The notes below the pieces were generated by a model. The model did no database searches. It was not told where the DNA came from and saw only the letters and a program-made list of their open reading frames with translations. A stretch of DNA of 64,000 nt, from NCBI GenBank assembly GCA_016871175.1, contig VFZL01000022.1, positions 4,533 through 68,532 on the forward strand. Direction: 5' to 3'. The DNA is from Acidimicrobiia bacterium (GTDB lineage: Bacteria; Acidobacteriota; Vicinamibacteria; Vicinamibacterales; CAVVIG01). Positions within the stretch are counted from its first letter, which is position 1; each line of letters starts with the position of its first letter. Positions 40,141 through 49,426 of the stretch are shown piece after piece. The position numbers and the translations under genes were made by a program.

Positions 40141-40543
40141 GACGACCTGCCTCTTCCTCGCCGTCGGGCGAGGGTCGGGGCTCGACTTCATGCCGAGCGC
40201 CGCTTGCCCGACAGCAAGGCGGGTTCCTGGTCCAACCGTTCCTGGACGTGCGTTTCGCGCGTGAAACTTCAGCGGGCAGTGGACACAGGACGTTGTGGGG
40301 CTTGGACAGCACCTCGGGTACTCCGCGACCGTCTGAGGTCCAGGTGGACGGCGTCCTCTCAGAACAGTGTGTCAGCTCGCACGCCGAGTCCCCAAGCTTC
40401 GAGAACCTCGAATAAGACCACAAGAAGAAGAATTAAGTCACCAAGCAACAAGAACTATCTGATACGCTAACTCAGCGAGTGACGCGTTGATGGGTTTCCA
40501 TAAGGCACTGACTTGCTGCGACTTATTGGATCTATTTCGCCGG

Positions 40544-41302
40544 TCAGCGGTTCGGCTTGCGCGCGAGGCACAGCAACGAGCCCCCCGCCGGGCTGTTGAA
40601 CCACCGGAGCCACCAGCTTTCGAGGTAAAGGATGCCGCTCAGGAGGAGGTTCACGGGTGCGGCCGGTACGCTGATGTCCGTCTCGGCCTGAGCCTCCTCC
40701 GGCAGCCCTCGCCAGCGCTGGTAGGTTCTGATCACCAACATGGGCACGAACAGCGAGGCGTTCGTATAGGTGATGCGTTCGATCGTGAAGCCCGCCTGCG
40801 TCAGCAGGCGCGTCAGCGACGCTCGGCTGTACCGCCGAATCTCGCGCGCGAGCACGGAGTGATCACCCTTTAAACAGTCCATGGCGGCGACATTGATCAG
40901 GATGCACCCGCCGGGTTTGATGACACGGAACATCTCTCGGACCGCCGCCTTCTCAACGGGGTCGGGCAGGCCGTAGAGGACGTCGAACGACGTCACTACG
41001 TCGAAGGCGTTGCTGTAGAGCGGAGCATCGGAGACGCTGGCTTGAACTAGCCGACGCCGGCCGGCCTGGCGTCCGATCTGGAGGCCGACGAACGTGACGT
41101 CAAAGCCATAGGAGCGGCCGAAACGGTCGAGCAGGTCCAGATTAACGCCCGTTCCGCACCCAAAGTCTACGAGACGAACGTCCGATAAGCCCTGCGTCGC
41201 CCGCTGCAACCACGGGGAGACGAACCGGCGCAAGCCTTGGAACCAGAAATGACGCTGCTCCGCCCGCGCCGTGGCGGGCAAGAGTTGGTCCATTTCATGC
41301 AT
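40544..41302 (-). CDS. Class I SAM-dependent methyltransferase
   Basis: EQRHFWF, DFGCGTG, FDVVTSFDVL, RVIKPGG. Confidence 0.88.
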   Translation of the reverse strand: MHEMDQLLPATARAEQRHFWFQGLRRFVSPWLQRATQGLSDVRLVDFGCGTGVNLDLLDRFGRSYGFDVTFVGLQIGRQAGRRRLVQASVSDAPLYSNAFDVVTSFDVLYGLPDPVEKAAVREMFRVIKPGGCILINVAAMDCLKGDHSVLAREIRRYSRASLTRLLTQAGFTIERITYTNASLFVPMLVIRTYQRWRGLPEEAQAETDISVPAAPVNLLLSGILYLESWWLRWFNSPAGGSLLCLARKPNR

Positions 41303-41364
41303 TGTGCCTGTCCGATTTCGCGCGCTGGGTCCCCATTTTGTTCCTCATTGCCGTGCAACTGTGA

Positions 41365-41394
41365 TTGACACCGCAGCAATCTGGTCTGTAAGCT
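41365..41394 (+). promoter_or_regulatory. Sigma70-like promoter of pal
   Basis: TTGACA-N18-TAAGCT; GAGGAG RBS downstream. Confidence 0.5.
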
Positions 41395-41424
41395 GACGGG
41401 CACTCAATCTGAGGAGTGTGATCG

Positions 41425-42012
41425 ATGATTCGCCTACGCCGGTATCTTCCAGTCCTCGCGTTGCTTGTGACGCTCGGCATCATCGCGGCGGCCTGCGGCA
41501 AGAAGCCGGTTCCGCCACAAGCGCCCCCGCCGCCTCCACCACCGCCGCCTGTGGTGCAGGTGCCGCCACCGCCGCCGCCCCCCCCACCACCGCCGCCCCC
41601 GCCACCCCCGCCACCGGCGCCGCTGACCGAAGATCAGATCTTCGCACGGAAGTCACTGGCGGAGCTGAACGCGGAGCGTCCGCTTGGCGACGTGTTCTTC
41701 GACTACGACCAGTCGACCATTCGCGACGATGCGCGCGGTCCGCTGGAGCGAAACGCCGATTGGATGAAACGCTGGACCAGCACGCAGGTCACTATTGAAG
41801 GACACGGCGACTCGCGCGGTACTCCGGAGTATAACCTAGCGCTCGGCACGCGTCGTGCCGACGCCGTGAAGACGTATCTCGTGAATCTCGGCGTGCCCGC
41901 CAGCCGCCTCACAGTTGTGAGCAAGGGCGAGGAGGAGCCGCAGTGCCGGGATGAGAGCGAGTCCTGCTGGCAGCAAAATCGTCGCGGGCACTTCATCATC
42001 ACAGCGAAGTAG
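41425..42012 (+). CDS. pal: Peptidoglycan-associated lipoprotein (OmpA-like) with poly-Pro linker
   Basis: Lipobox AAAC, FFDYD, EGHGDSRGT.EYNLALG.RRA, SKGEE, NRR. Confidence 0.9.
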   Translation: MIRLRRYLPVLALLVTLGIIAAACGKKPVPPQAPPPPPPPPPVVQVPPPPPPPPPPPPPPPPPPAPLTEDQIFARKSLAELNAERPLGDVFFDYDQSTIRDDARGPLERNADWMKRWTSTQVTIEGHGDSRGTPEYNLALGTRRADAVKTYLVNLGVPASRLTVVSKGEEEPQCRDESESCWQQNRRGHFIITAK

Positions 42013-42020
42013 CTGCTCTC

Positions 42021-42100
42021 AAGGCGGGTAGGCGGGTAGGTATCAGGTGGGTCTGCTGCCAGACCCTCCTACCTGCCCACCCGCTTACTTCTCCCGCTCG
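42021..42100. repeat. G-rich/C-rich imperfect hairpin after pal (possible terminator)
   Basis: ggcgggta x2 ... gggtctg-ctgc-cagaccc ... cctacctgcccacccgc. Confidence 0.5.
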
Positions 42101-42347
42101 AGAGTGATGAACCCACCGACAGTCAGCGTGAGCTCGCGGATTCCCGCTGGTCGTGCTCAGAGGATCGCCAGCGCGGCATCTGCTGACCAACCTGCATCGC
42201 TCGATCTCTAGCGACGGAGTCTCGGGCCGTCCGTGTGCGATGACATCGACCACCGAACATCGAGCGGCCGCTGACCACTGCCAGGAGACCAACGACCAGA
42301 CTTTGTGTTATGACTAGAGGGCCAGCCGCCTGCGGAGGTATTCCGCA

Positions 42348-43034
42348 ATGCGTCGATCCCTCGTTCGCCTCGCCTTCTGCCTCGTCGTGCTCATCGGCAT
42401 GTGGGGCACGTCGACATCCGCGTCCGCGCAGCCACACAGCGGGACGATGTTCTTCACCGTGGGTGCGCTCGCCAACAACGAGCGGACGTCGCACGCATCG
42501 AGCTTCGGCGGCGATCCCTCCGATCTCAACGGGACCGTGCCGGGCGGGGCCTTGGGGCTCGGCGTGTATTTGACACCCGCGTTGTCCGCGCGCGTTGAGT
42601 GGTCGATGACCAGCTGGCTCGAGTACGAGACGGAGCTGTACGTCTATCCGCTGGCGATAGGTTCCGGTTCCATCGGCTTGCGGATTTTCGCACCGCGGTT
42701 CCAGGGCAAGCGGATGTCGAAGACGGGGCTCGCCCTTCTGGGTTATCGCGTCGGCCCCGAGCGAGCGGCCGTGGAGCTACTCGGAGGGATCGGGTGGGTG
42801 GCCCAGTCTACGCGATCCTTTTACGACTCTTGGATCGCCATTCCCGCGAGCGCTGTGATGGGCCTGGTGTATCCATACGGCGAATCGAGCTTGTATGACG
42901 CGGTGGGTGTCATGGGCGTCGACGCCACGGCGGCGCTCACCGATCACGCCGCGGTCGTACCGCAGTTCCGCACGTATGTCTCGAACGGGATCTTGAGCAT
43001 GCGCCCGGGTCTCAGCTTCCGCTGGACGTTTTGA
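42348..43034 (+). CDS. Putative small outer-membrane beta-barrel protein
   Basis: GGAGG RBS, signal peptide, alternating beta strands, terminal FRWTF. Confidence 0.65.
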   Translation: MRRSLVRLAFCLVVLIGMWGTSTSASAQPHSGTMFFTVGALANNERTSHASSFGGDPSDLNGTVPGGALGLGVYLTPALSARVEWSMTSWLEYETELYVYPLAIGSGSIGLRIFAPRFQGKRMSKTGLALLGYRVGPERAAVELLGGIGWVAQSTRSFYDSWIAIPASAVMGLVYPYGESSLYDAVGVMGVDATAALTDHAAVVPQFRTYVSNGILSMRPGLSFRWTF

Positions 43035-43036
43035 TC

Positions 43037-43200
43037 AGGGCTCGGCTCCGAACTCCGGCTCGGTCGCTGCGGGGGGGCCCCACGCCCCGCTCCGCTTCCT
43101 TGCGGCGCGCGCGGCGAGACCCCAGAAGCCTTCGCGCTCTCGTAAGGCCGCACCAAAGCAGCGAGCCAGGCGCTGAGCGCCGAACGAACCCAGGATCCCT
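43037..43200. repeat. REP-like palindromic element between convergent genes
   Basis: GC-rich hairpins; similar to 22963-22997 in inverted orientation. Confidence 0.55.
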
Positions 43201-43203
43201 CGG

Positions 43204-43629
43204 TCACGACTCGGGCAGTGTAGGCACGGCGACGAGGATCGCCACCGTACCGACCACTCCTGCCGCAAGAGTGGCCGCAGTCGCCAAGCGGGACGCGGAT
43301 AGCAAGAGAGCGCTCGACACGAGGACGGCCGTCCACATCGCGGCCAGTGCTCTTCGCTTCGCGGTTGCCGACATCCCGCCCTGGTGCTCGAAGCGTCTGA
43401 CGGTCGGCCCGAACCAGCGGTGGTTGGCCAGCCACGCGGCGAAGCGGGGGGAGCTGCGCGCGAAGCAATAGGCGGCAACGAGCACGAACACCGTGGTGGG
43501 CATGCCCGGCACGAACACGCCGATGAAGGCGCACGCGACCGCACCCCACCCCACGCACACGAGCACGAAACGCGCTGCCAGGGCGCGCTCGCCGACCGGA
43601 CGCACGATCTCGGGGTCCACGCGGGGCAT
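43204..43629 (-). CDS. YbaN (DUF454) membrane protein
   Basis: IGVFVPGMPTTVF..AAYCFARSS.RF..WL..H..FGP. Confidence 0.88.
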   Translation of the reverse strand: MPRVDPEIVRPVGERALAARFVLVCVGWGAVACAFIGVFVPGMPTTVFVLVAAYCFARSSPRFAAWLANHRWFGPTVRRFEHQGGMSATAKRRALAAMWTAVLVSSALLLSASRLATAATLAAGVVGTVAILVAVPTLPES

Positions 43630-43895
43630 GGCTTCTGTGAATCGGCGCTGCACTCTCACACAATACCTCCGCGCCGCAACCATTGCCACCGCCGCGGCGT
43701 TTGCGCATCTTGGCGACGGCGGCAGGGCCCCAACCGACGGACTCGGCGTACGACGTTGTTGGCCGGGGTCTCACCGCCATTCACCGATTCAGCGTCCGAG
43801 GGCTGCGAGATTGGGTTTTTAATACCCTCACGGTCGCCGCGGCCCATTCGTCGCGGCCCGGTGCCCAGGACCAGCGGGCTCCAGAGGACCAACCT

Positions 43896-44750
43896 ATGAG
43901 CTTCACGCCCACTCTCGTCATCGGCCTTGTGATGACCCTGCTAGGAGCCGTTCTACTCTTCGACCGGTTGGCGCTGGTCGACATCCGGACGGTTCTGCGG
44001 TTCTGGCCGCTGTTGCTCACCTTGTTCGGCCTGAGTGTCATCGTCCAGGCACTCAGAGAAGACGGTACCAGCGAGGCTGGTGGTCGGAGTCGTCCCATCG
44101 TTTCGCCTGGGTTCGTGTTGATTCTGATCGTGATCTGGCTCGTAAGCACTCAAGCCACGGATCGGCGATTTCTGCGATCGGGCGCGTCCGAGGATCCGGA
44201 GCTCTCGCTTCTTGCGGTCATGGGGAAGGACGAGCGCGCCAGCACGTCCACCGCTTTTCGCGGCGCGCAGATGACCACTGTCATGGGCCTAACGCGGCTC
44301 GATCTACGGCAGGCGACCCTCGCGAGCGGTGGCGAGGCCACGGTGGATGTCCTTGGTGTGATGGGGGCGGTCGAGGTGTTCGTCCCCGAGGGATGGACGG
44401 TCGACCTGCGAACGAGGGCGGTGATGGGCGGCACGCGGGACCGCCGAGGTCTCTCTCCGGACGAGGGCGACGATGACGATGACCGCGGGCCGCGTCGTGA
44501 GCGGCGTCGTGCCGCACGTGATCGCACCGATACTCGAGCGGCCCCGGCTGCATCCACGCCCGCGCCGCAGCCCGCCGGGACAGCCTCGACTCCGACCGCG
44601 CCATCCGAAACGCGGTCGCCCACTGGGGCGCTCAGTTCTGGCGACACTTCATCACCGGCGGCAACGGCGAGTGACGCATCAGCAGCCCCGCCGCCGCGCC
44701 TTGTCGTCAAGGGCCTCATCGTGGCTGGCGCGCTGAGTATCCGATCATGA
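43896..44750 (+). CDS. LiaF-like protein (TM domain plus DUF2154-like domain)
   Basis: RFWPLLL, FRGA..MG..LDLRQA, VPEGW.V. Confidence 0.75.
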   Translation: MSFTPTLVIGLVMTLLGAVLLFDRLALVDIRTVLRFWPLLLTLFGLSVIVQALREDGTSEAGGRSRPIVSPGFVLILIVIWLVSTQATDRRFLRSGASEDPELSLLAVMGKDERASTSTAFRGAQMTTVMGLTRLDLRQATLASGGEATVDVLGVMGAVEVFVPEGWTVDLRTRAVMGGTRDRRGLSPDEGDDDDDRGPRRERRRAARDRTDTRAAPAASTPAPQPAGTASTPTAPSETRSPTGALSSGDTSSPAATASDASAAPPPRLVVKGLIVAGALSIRS

Positions 44751-45526
44751 CCCGCGCGACTTCATCATCGGGCCCAGAGGTCACCTCCGACGGACGGCCC
44801 TGGGGACCGCGTGTGCGCGCACGAGCATTGCGGCCCAACGATGCGCTGTCGCACCTGGCCATGGGTATCTTCCTCACGATGCTCGGCTTCGTGTTGAGTT
44901 TGGATCGGTTCGAGCTGGTCGACGCGTCTCGCGCCCTGCGCTGGTGGCCACTTGGCTTCCACGTCCTCGGCGTCACGATGCTCTTGCGGCGACCCGACTC
45001 GCGTGGGCGGTTCTGGGGGATCGCCTGGATTGCCGTGGGCACGTGGTTGCTGCTCGCGAGTCTGGACGTCCTGTACATCGATCTGGGCGATCTGCTAGGG
45101 CCCGGACTGTTGATCCTGATCGGTGTGAGGCTGATGACGAGAGGTCGTCGCGCTCCGTCGGTAGCCGAGGATGACGCGCTGAGCCGGCCCAGTCTGATTG
45201 CGTTGTTGGCCGAGGCGCGACGAAGCGTCACGCAGGAGTTCGAGGGTGCGTCCATGACCTCTGTGATGGGCGGTTGTCATCTCGACTTGCGGCAGGCGTC
45301 GATTCCGTCGGGTCGAGTACCCGTCGTCGACGTCTTCGCCGTGATGGGTGGACACGAGATCATCGTCCCGGCGACGTGGACTGTCGTGCTGGAGGCCCTG
45401 TCGATCCTCGCCGCGGCCGAGGACAAGCGCCTGCCGCTCGTGGGAACCCCACCGCCTGGGGGAAGCGGCGCGACAATTCTCGTTCGAGGCACGCTGATCT
45501 TCGGAGGCCTCACGGTAAAGAACTGA
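44747..45526 (+). CDS. Second LiaF-like protein
   Basis: RWWPL, FEGA..MGG..LDLRQA, VPATW.V, FGGLTVKN. Confidence 0.75.
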   Translation: MTRATSSSGPEVTSDGRPWGPRVRARALRPNDALSHLAMGIFLTMLGFVLSLDRFELVDASRALRWWPLGFHVLGVTMLLRRPDSRGRFWGIAWIAVGTWLLLASLDVLYIDLGDLLGPGLLILIGVRLMTRGRRAPSVAEDDALSRPSLIALLAEARRSVTQEFEGASMTSVMGGCHLDLRQASIPSGRVPVVDVFAVMGGHEIIVPATWTVVLEALSILAAAEDKRLPLVGTPPPGGSGATILVRGTLIFGGLTVKN

Positions 45527-45560
45527 TTGGTCATTGGTCACGACAGGCCCCGCGGCAACC

Positions 45561-46622
45561 ATGCACCCCGTTCTCTCCGATCGGCGCTATGTGCTCGTGT
45601 ACCTGCTCGTCTGGCTCCTGTTTGGAGTGTTGCTGGCTGGCGGGTTCGAGGGCACCGGCGAACGCGGGTTGGTGTCGCAGCTCGTCTTCGTCCCGACGAC
45701 CGTGGCGTACGCGTTGGCATGTCTGTCGACGTGGTATCTCTGCCGCGTGTTCCCCCTGGAATCGGACGCGAGTGTCTGGCGAGCGTTGCCGGTGCACGCG
45801 CTGGCGTCCGCGCTCGCGAGCGGCATCTGGGGCATTACCGTATCGGGCTGGGCCCGCTTGATCGATCGTCTCGCGGGCGATATCGGCGCGGTGCGGGTCC
45901 AGGCGGACCGCGGGCCTGCGCTGTTCCTCCTGGGCATGCTGCTGTACTCGCTCGCGACGGCGGTGCACTATCTGTTGATCGCCGTGGAAGCGTCCCGCGA
46001 CGCCGAGCGGCGTGCGCTCGAGCTGAACCTGGCCGCGCGCGAAGCTGAACTGAGGGCGCTGCGCGCGCAAATCGACCCGCACTTCATGTTCAACAGCCTC
46101 CACTCCATCAGCGCGCTCACCACGACGGACCCCGTGGCCGCCAGGCGGATGTGTCTGCTCCTGGCGGACTTCCTGCGGGACACGCTCCGCCTCGGGGCCC
46201 ATCAGCGTATCTCGTTGGCTGAGGAATTCGCGCTCGCCGAACAGTTCCTCGCCATCGAGCAGATCCGTTTCGGATCGCGGCTTCGCGTCGAGCGCCGCGC
46301 CGCGGAGGACGTTGGCACATGCCTGGTCCCGCCGCTCATCCTGCAGCCGCTCGTGGAGAATGCGGTGGTGCACGGCGTGTCGCAGCTCGTCGAGGGTGGC
46401 ACCATTCACATGACCGCGTGCCGGACGACCGGCCTCCTGACGATCTCCTTGGAGAACCCCTGCGATCCGGAACGTCTGCGCTCGCGTGGCGTCGGGCTCG
46501 GGCTCGATGTGCTTCGGAGGCGGCTGGCGGCGCAGTGTGGCATTGCCGACGTGGTGCACGTGGCGGAAGGGGTCGGCCGCTATCGTGTGGAGCTTCGCCT
46601 TCCGGTGGTGACCGCTGTATGA
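45561..46622 (+). CDS. LytS/YehU-type sensor histidine kinase
   Basis: LRAQIDPHFMFNSL, EQIRFG.RL, LQPLVENAVVHG. Confidence 0.92.
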   Translation: MHPVLSDRRYVLVYLLVWLLFGVLLAGGFEGTGERGLVSQLVFVPTTVAYALACLSTWYLCRVFPLESDASVWRALPVHALASALASGIWGITVSGWARLIDRLAGDIGAVRVQADRGPALFLLGMLLYSLATAVHYLLIAVEASRDAERRALELNLAAREAELRALRAQIDPHFMFNSLHSISALTTTDPVAARRMCLLLADFLRDTLRLGAHQRISLAEEFALAEQFLAIEQIRFGSRLRVERRAAEDVGTCLVPPLILQPLVENAVVHGVSQLVEGGTIHMTACRTTGLLTISLENPCDPERLRSRGVGLGLDVLRRRLAAQCGIADVVHVAEGVGRYRVELRLPVVTAV

Positions 46623-47386
46623 GTCGAGACGCGACGGCGCCACAGCTCGCGCCCCTGCGCGTGGCCATCGTCGACGATGAGCCGTTGGCCCGCAGCTACC
46701 TGCGCGAGCTGCTCGCGGCACATGACGACGTCGAGATCGTGGCCGAGTGTGCCAACGGGATCGAGGCGGTGAAGGCGTGTGCCGACATCAAGCCGGACCT
46801 GCTGCTCCTCGACATTCAGATGCCGAAGCTAGATGGCTTCGACGTGCTCGAGCTGATCGGCCACGCTGTGCCCGTCATCTTCGTGACCGCATACGACGCG
46901 TTCGCAGTCCGCGCGTTCGAGGTGCATGCCGTTGACTTTCTGCTCAAGCCGTTCGGGCCGGAGCGCCTGGCCGAAGCGCTGACTCGGTCGCGAAGCCGAC
47001 TCGGATCGGCCGATCTCCAACCCGTGCATCGGGTGTTGGCCGAAGTGCGGACAGGCCGTGCGCCGCTCAGTCGGATACTGATTCGCGACCGCGCGGACGT
47101 GCACGTCATTCCCGTCGAGAAGATCGACTACATCGAATCGCAGGACGACTATGTCGCGGTCCGTGTCGACGGGAGGAGCCTGCTGAAGGAGCAGACACTC
47201 TCGGAGTTGGCCGAGCTGCTGGATCCGAACCGATTCGTTCGCATCCATCGGCGGTACGCGCTCAACCTCACGCGGCTGGTCCGAATCGAACAGTCCGATA
47301 CGGGGAGCCGCACCGCCACGCTTCGCGACGGAACGGAACTCCCCATCAGTCGCAGCGGATATGCACGGCTTCGCGAACGGCTGTGA
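46619..47386 (+). CDS. LytTR response regulator
   Basis: VDDEPLAR, LDIQMP, FVTAYD, FVRIHR, PISR. Confidence 0.93.
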   Translation: MSRDATAPQLAPLRVAIVDDEPLARSYLRELLAAHDDVEIVAECANGIEAVKACADIKPDLLLLDIQMPKLDGFDVLELIGHAVPVIFVTAYDAFAVRAFEVHAVDFLLKPFGPERLAEALTRSRSRLGSADLQPVHRVLAEVRTGRAPLSRILIRDRADVHVIPVEKIDYIESQDDYVAVRVDGRSLLKEQTLSELAELLDPNRFVRIHRRYALNLTRLVRIEQSDTGSRTATLRDGTELPISRSGYARLRERL

Positions 47387-47410
47387 ACGGGTATTGGGTC
47401 ACCTCTGAAT

Positions 47411-49345
47411 CTATACGCGCGCCGTGCGGGTGGAGGCGAGATTGAACGTCTGATGCCAGTTCGAGTCCGCGCCTCGGCCCGTGCGTGAGACATGGACGTC
47501 GAGCAGGTACGGCCTGCCGTCGCGTGTGGCGTGCACTCCGCGCTTCAGGGCCGCCTCGAGATCGGCTGGCGCCGTCACGCGCTCGGCCTTGACGCCCTGG
47601 CTCTCTGCGAGCTTGACGAAGTCGATGTCCGGATCGCCGAGATACAGGCCGTGGTACTTGCCCGTGGAGGTCATACGCCCGTTGTAGCCGGCGAAGGCAC
47701 CGCGGACCGTCTGATAGTACTTGTTGTTCGACACCACCATGAGCACGGGGACGCCGTACCGCGCGAGGGACCACAGCCCCGCCGCGCTGTACATGACGGC
47801 GCCATCGCCAATCGTCAGGATGACCTGCCGATTCGGCGCCGCCAGCTTCGCTCCCAGTGCCGCGCCGACCCCCCACCCGAGCGCGCGTCCACCGTTCTCG
47901 AGCCACATCCGCTCATCGTCTCGGAAGCCGTATTTGATGAACGTCCCGGACGCTTCTCGGCCGCTCCAGTTCTCGCCGACGATGATCGCATTGCGATCGG
48001 CGACGCGGTCGAGCTCAAAGGACACCCGCTCTGGATGAATCGCGGTGCCCTCGAGGTCGGCGCGAGCGGCCTTCTGCTGCGTGTCGCGCGCCTTCTCGAT
48101 GGCGGCCGTGATTGTGGCGAGACGAGCGGACCGGATCTTCTGGAGGCGATCGGCTGTGGCCAGCGACTGCACGGCATCGATCAGGTCCCGTGTCGCTTCG
48201 GCCACGTGGCCCACGACCGCCAAATCGAGCGGCATCGTCCGCCCCATCGTGTCAGGGTCGATGCCGACCGCCGCGAATCGCGCGCCGCTGAGGAGCGGCT
48301 GCTCAGGAGTGGCGTTGCGGCCGGATCCGATGGCGTAATCACCGAGATCGCGCGTCCCGTACTGAATCACGCAATCCGGGCCGGTCTCTGGATACGCCAT
48401 CCGGAAGTTGCTGGCGTACTGCCGATGGGCCGTCGGGAAGCTCTTGAAGGCGGTGATGCTGTTGCCAGACCCGCCGGCGACCGCGAGACCCAGGAGTTCG
48501 GCGAGCTTGACCACGTCGGCCTGCGCGCCCGACTTCCAGACTTCGTCGCCCACGACGATCGCGGGACGCTCGCTTTCGATGAGCATGCGCGCGAGCCGTT
48601 CCACTTGACTCTTGGAGGGGCGCGGACGCGGATCCACGAGAAAGGCGTCGCGCGGAAGGATCTCAGCAGAGACGTTCGCCCGTTCGAGGCCGGCCGACGC
48701 GTAGCACACGTACACCGGTCCACCAGGTGCCGCCATCGCGACGCGATACGCACGCCGCGTCATCAGGGGGAACGACGCGGGGTCACGCGCTTCCCACGCC
48801 ATTTTCTGGAACTGACGCGTGATCTCGATTTGGCTGAAGCCGGGCTTGGGCATCAGCATCGCGTCGTCGAGGAAGCCACTGATGTCCTTCATGCCGGCCG
48901 TGACGACGATCGCGGACCCGTCACGGTAGGCATTGGACAGCTGACCGGCCATTTGCGCCGTACCGCCGATCGCGTGAACGTTCACGAAGGCCGGCTCGTT
49001 TGTGACCTTATGATAGCCGTCGGCCATCGGGATCACGATGCCCTCGTGTAGGCCCATGATCACCTGCAGCTCCGGGCGGTCCGTCAACGCGTCGAAGAAT
49101 CCGACCTCGTACGAGCCAGGATTCGTGAAGATGTACTTTGTCCCAGCGGCCTTCATCTGCTCGACGACGAGGTCGCCGCCGGTGCCGGTCGCGACATGGC
49201 GTCTGGCGGCACTGGTCGCACCCTCCTGACTCGCGGCCACCACCGCTCGCGCACCCGCGACGCTGAAACCGGTCGCGACGAGCTTTTCGAAGAATCGACG
49301 TCGGGACAACGCGCCGGCCAAATACTGCTGCAACAGGTGCTGCAT
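47411..49345 (-). CDS. Thiamine diphosphate-binding enzyme (benzoylformate decarboxylase-like) with Tat-like N-terminus
   Basis: NPGSYE, GLHE...MADGY, GDG-x~25-NN; SRRRFF at the N-terminus. Confidence 0.85.
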   Translation of the reverse strand: MQHLLQQYLAGALSRRRFFEKLVATGFSVAGARAVVAASQEGATSAARRHVATGTGGDLVVEQMKAAGTKYIFTNPGSYEVGFFDALTDRPELQVIMGLHEGIVIPMADGYHKVTNEPAFVNVHAIGGTAQMAGQLSNAYRDGSAIVVTAGMKDISGFLDDAMLMPKPGFSQIEITRQFQKMAWEARDPASFPLMTRRAYRVAMAAPGGPVYVCYASAGLERANVSAEILPRDAFLVDPRPRPSKSQVERLARMLIESERPAIVVGDEVWKSGAQADVVKLAELLGLAVAGGSGNSITAFKSFPTAHRQYASNFRMAYPETGPDCVIQYGTRDLGDYAIGSGRNATPEQPLLSGARFAAVGIDPDTMGRTMPLDLAVVGHVAEATRDLIDAVQSLATADRLQKIRSARLATITAAIEKARDTQQKAARADLEGTAIHPERVSFELDRVADRNAIIVGENWSGREASGTFIKYGFRDDERMWLENGGRALGWGVGAALGAKLAAPNRQVILTIGDGAVMYSAAGLWSLARYGVPVLMVVSNNKYYQTVRGAFAGYNGRMTSTGKYHGLYLGDPDIDFVKLAESQGVKAERVTAPADLEAALKRGVHATRDGRPYLLDVHVSRTGRGADSNWHQTFNLASTRTARV

Positions 49346-49390
49346 TGAAGACTCCAGCGAAATCAGTTTACAGCCATCAGTCTACTCCGT

Positions 49391-49426
49391 ATCACTTGCA
49401 AGGCTGCCATCACTTGCAAGGCTGCC
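49391..49426. repeat. 18-bp tandem duplication
   Basis: atcacttgcaaggctgcc twice, covering the stop codon of the MBL-fold gene. Confidence 0.9.

Noticed and set aside
40544-41302. Methyltransferase as the RiPP tailoring enzyme
   Set aside because: It resembles methyltransferases found with envelope glycosylation genes and is ~400 nt from the precursor; same strand alone is not evidence.
41520-41625. C-rich run as a contingency locus
   Set aside because: It encodes the in-frame poly-Pro linker of Pal; the frame is intact.
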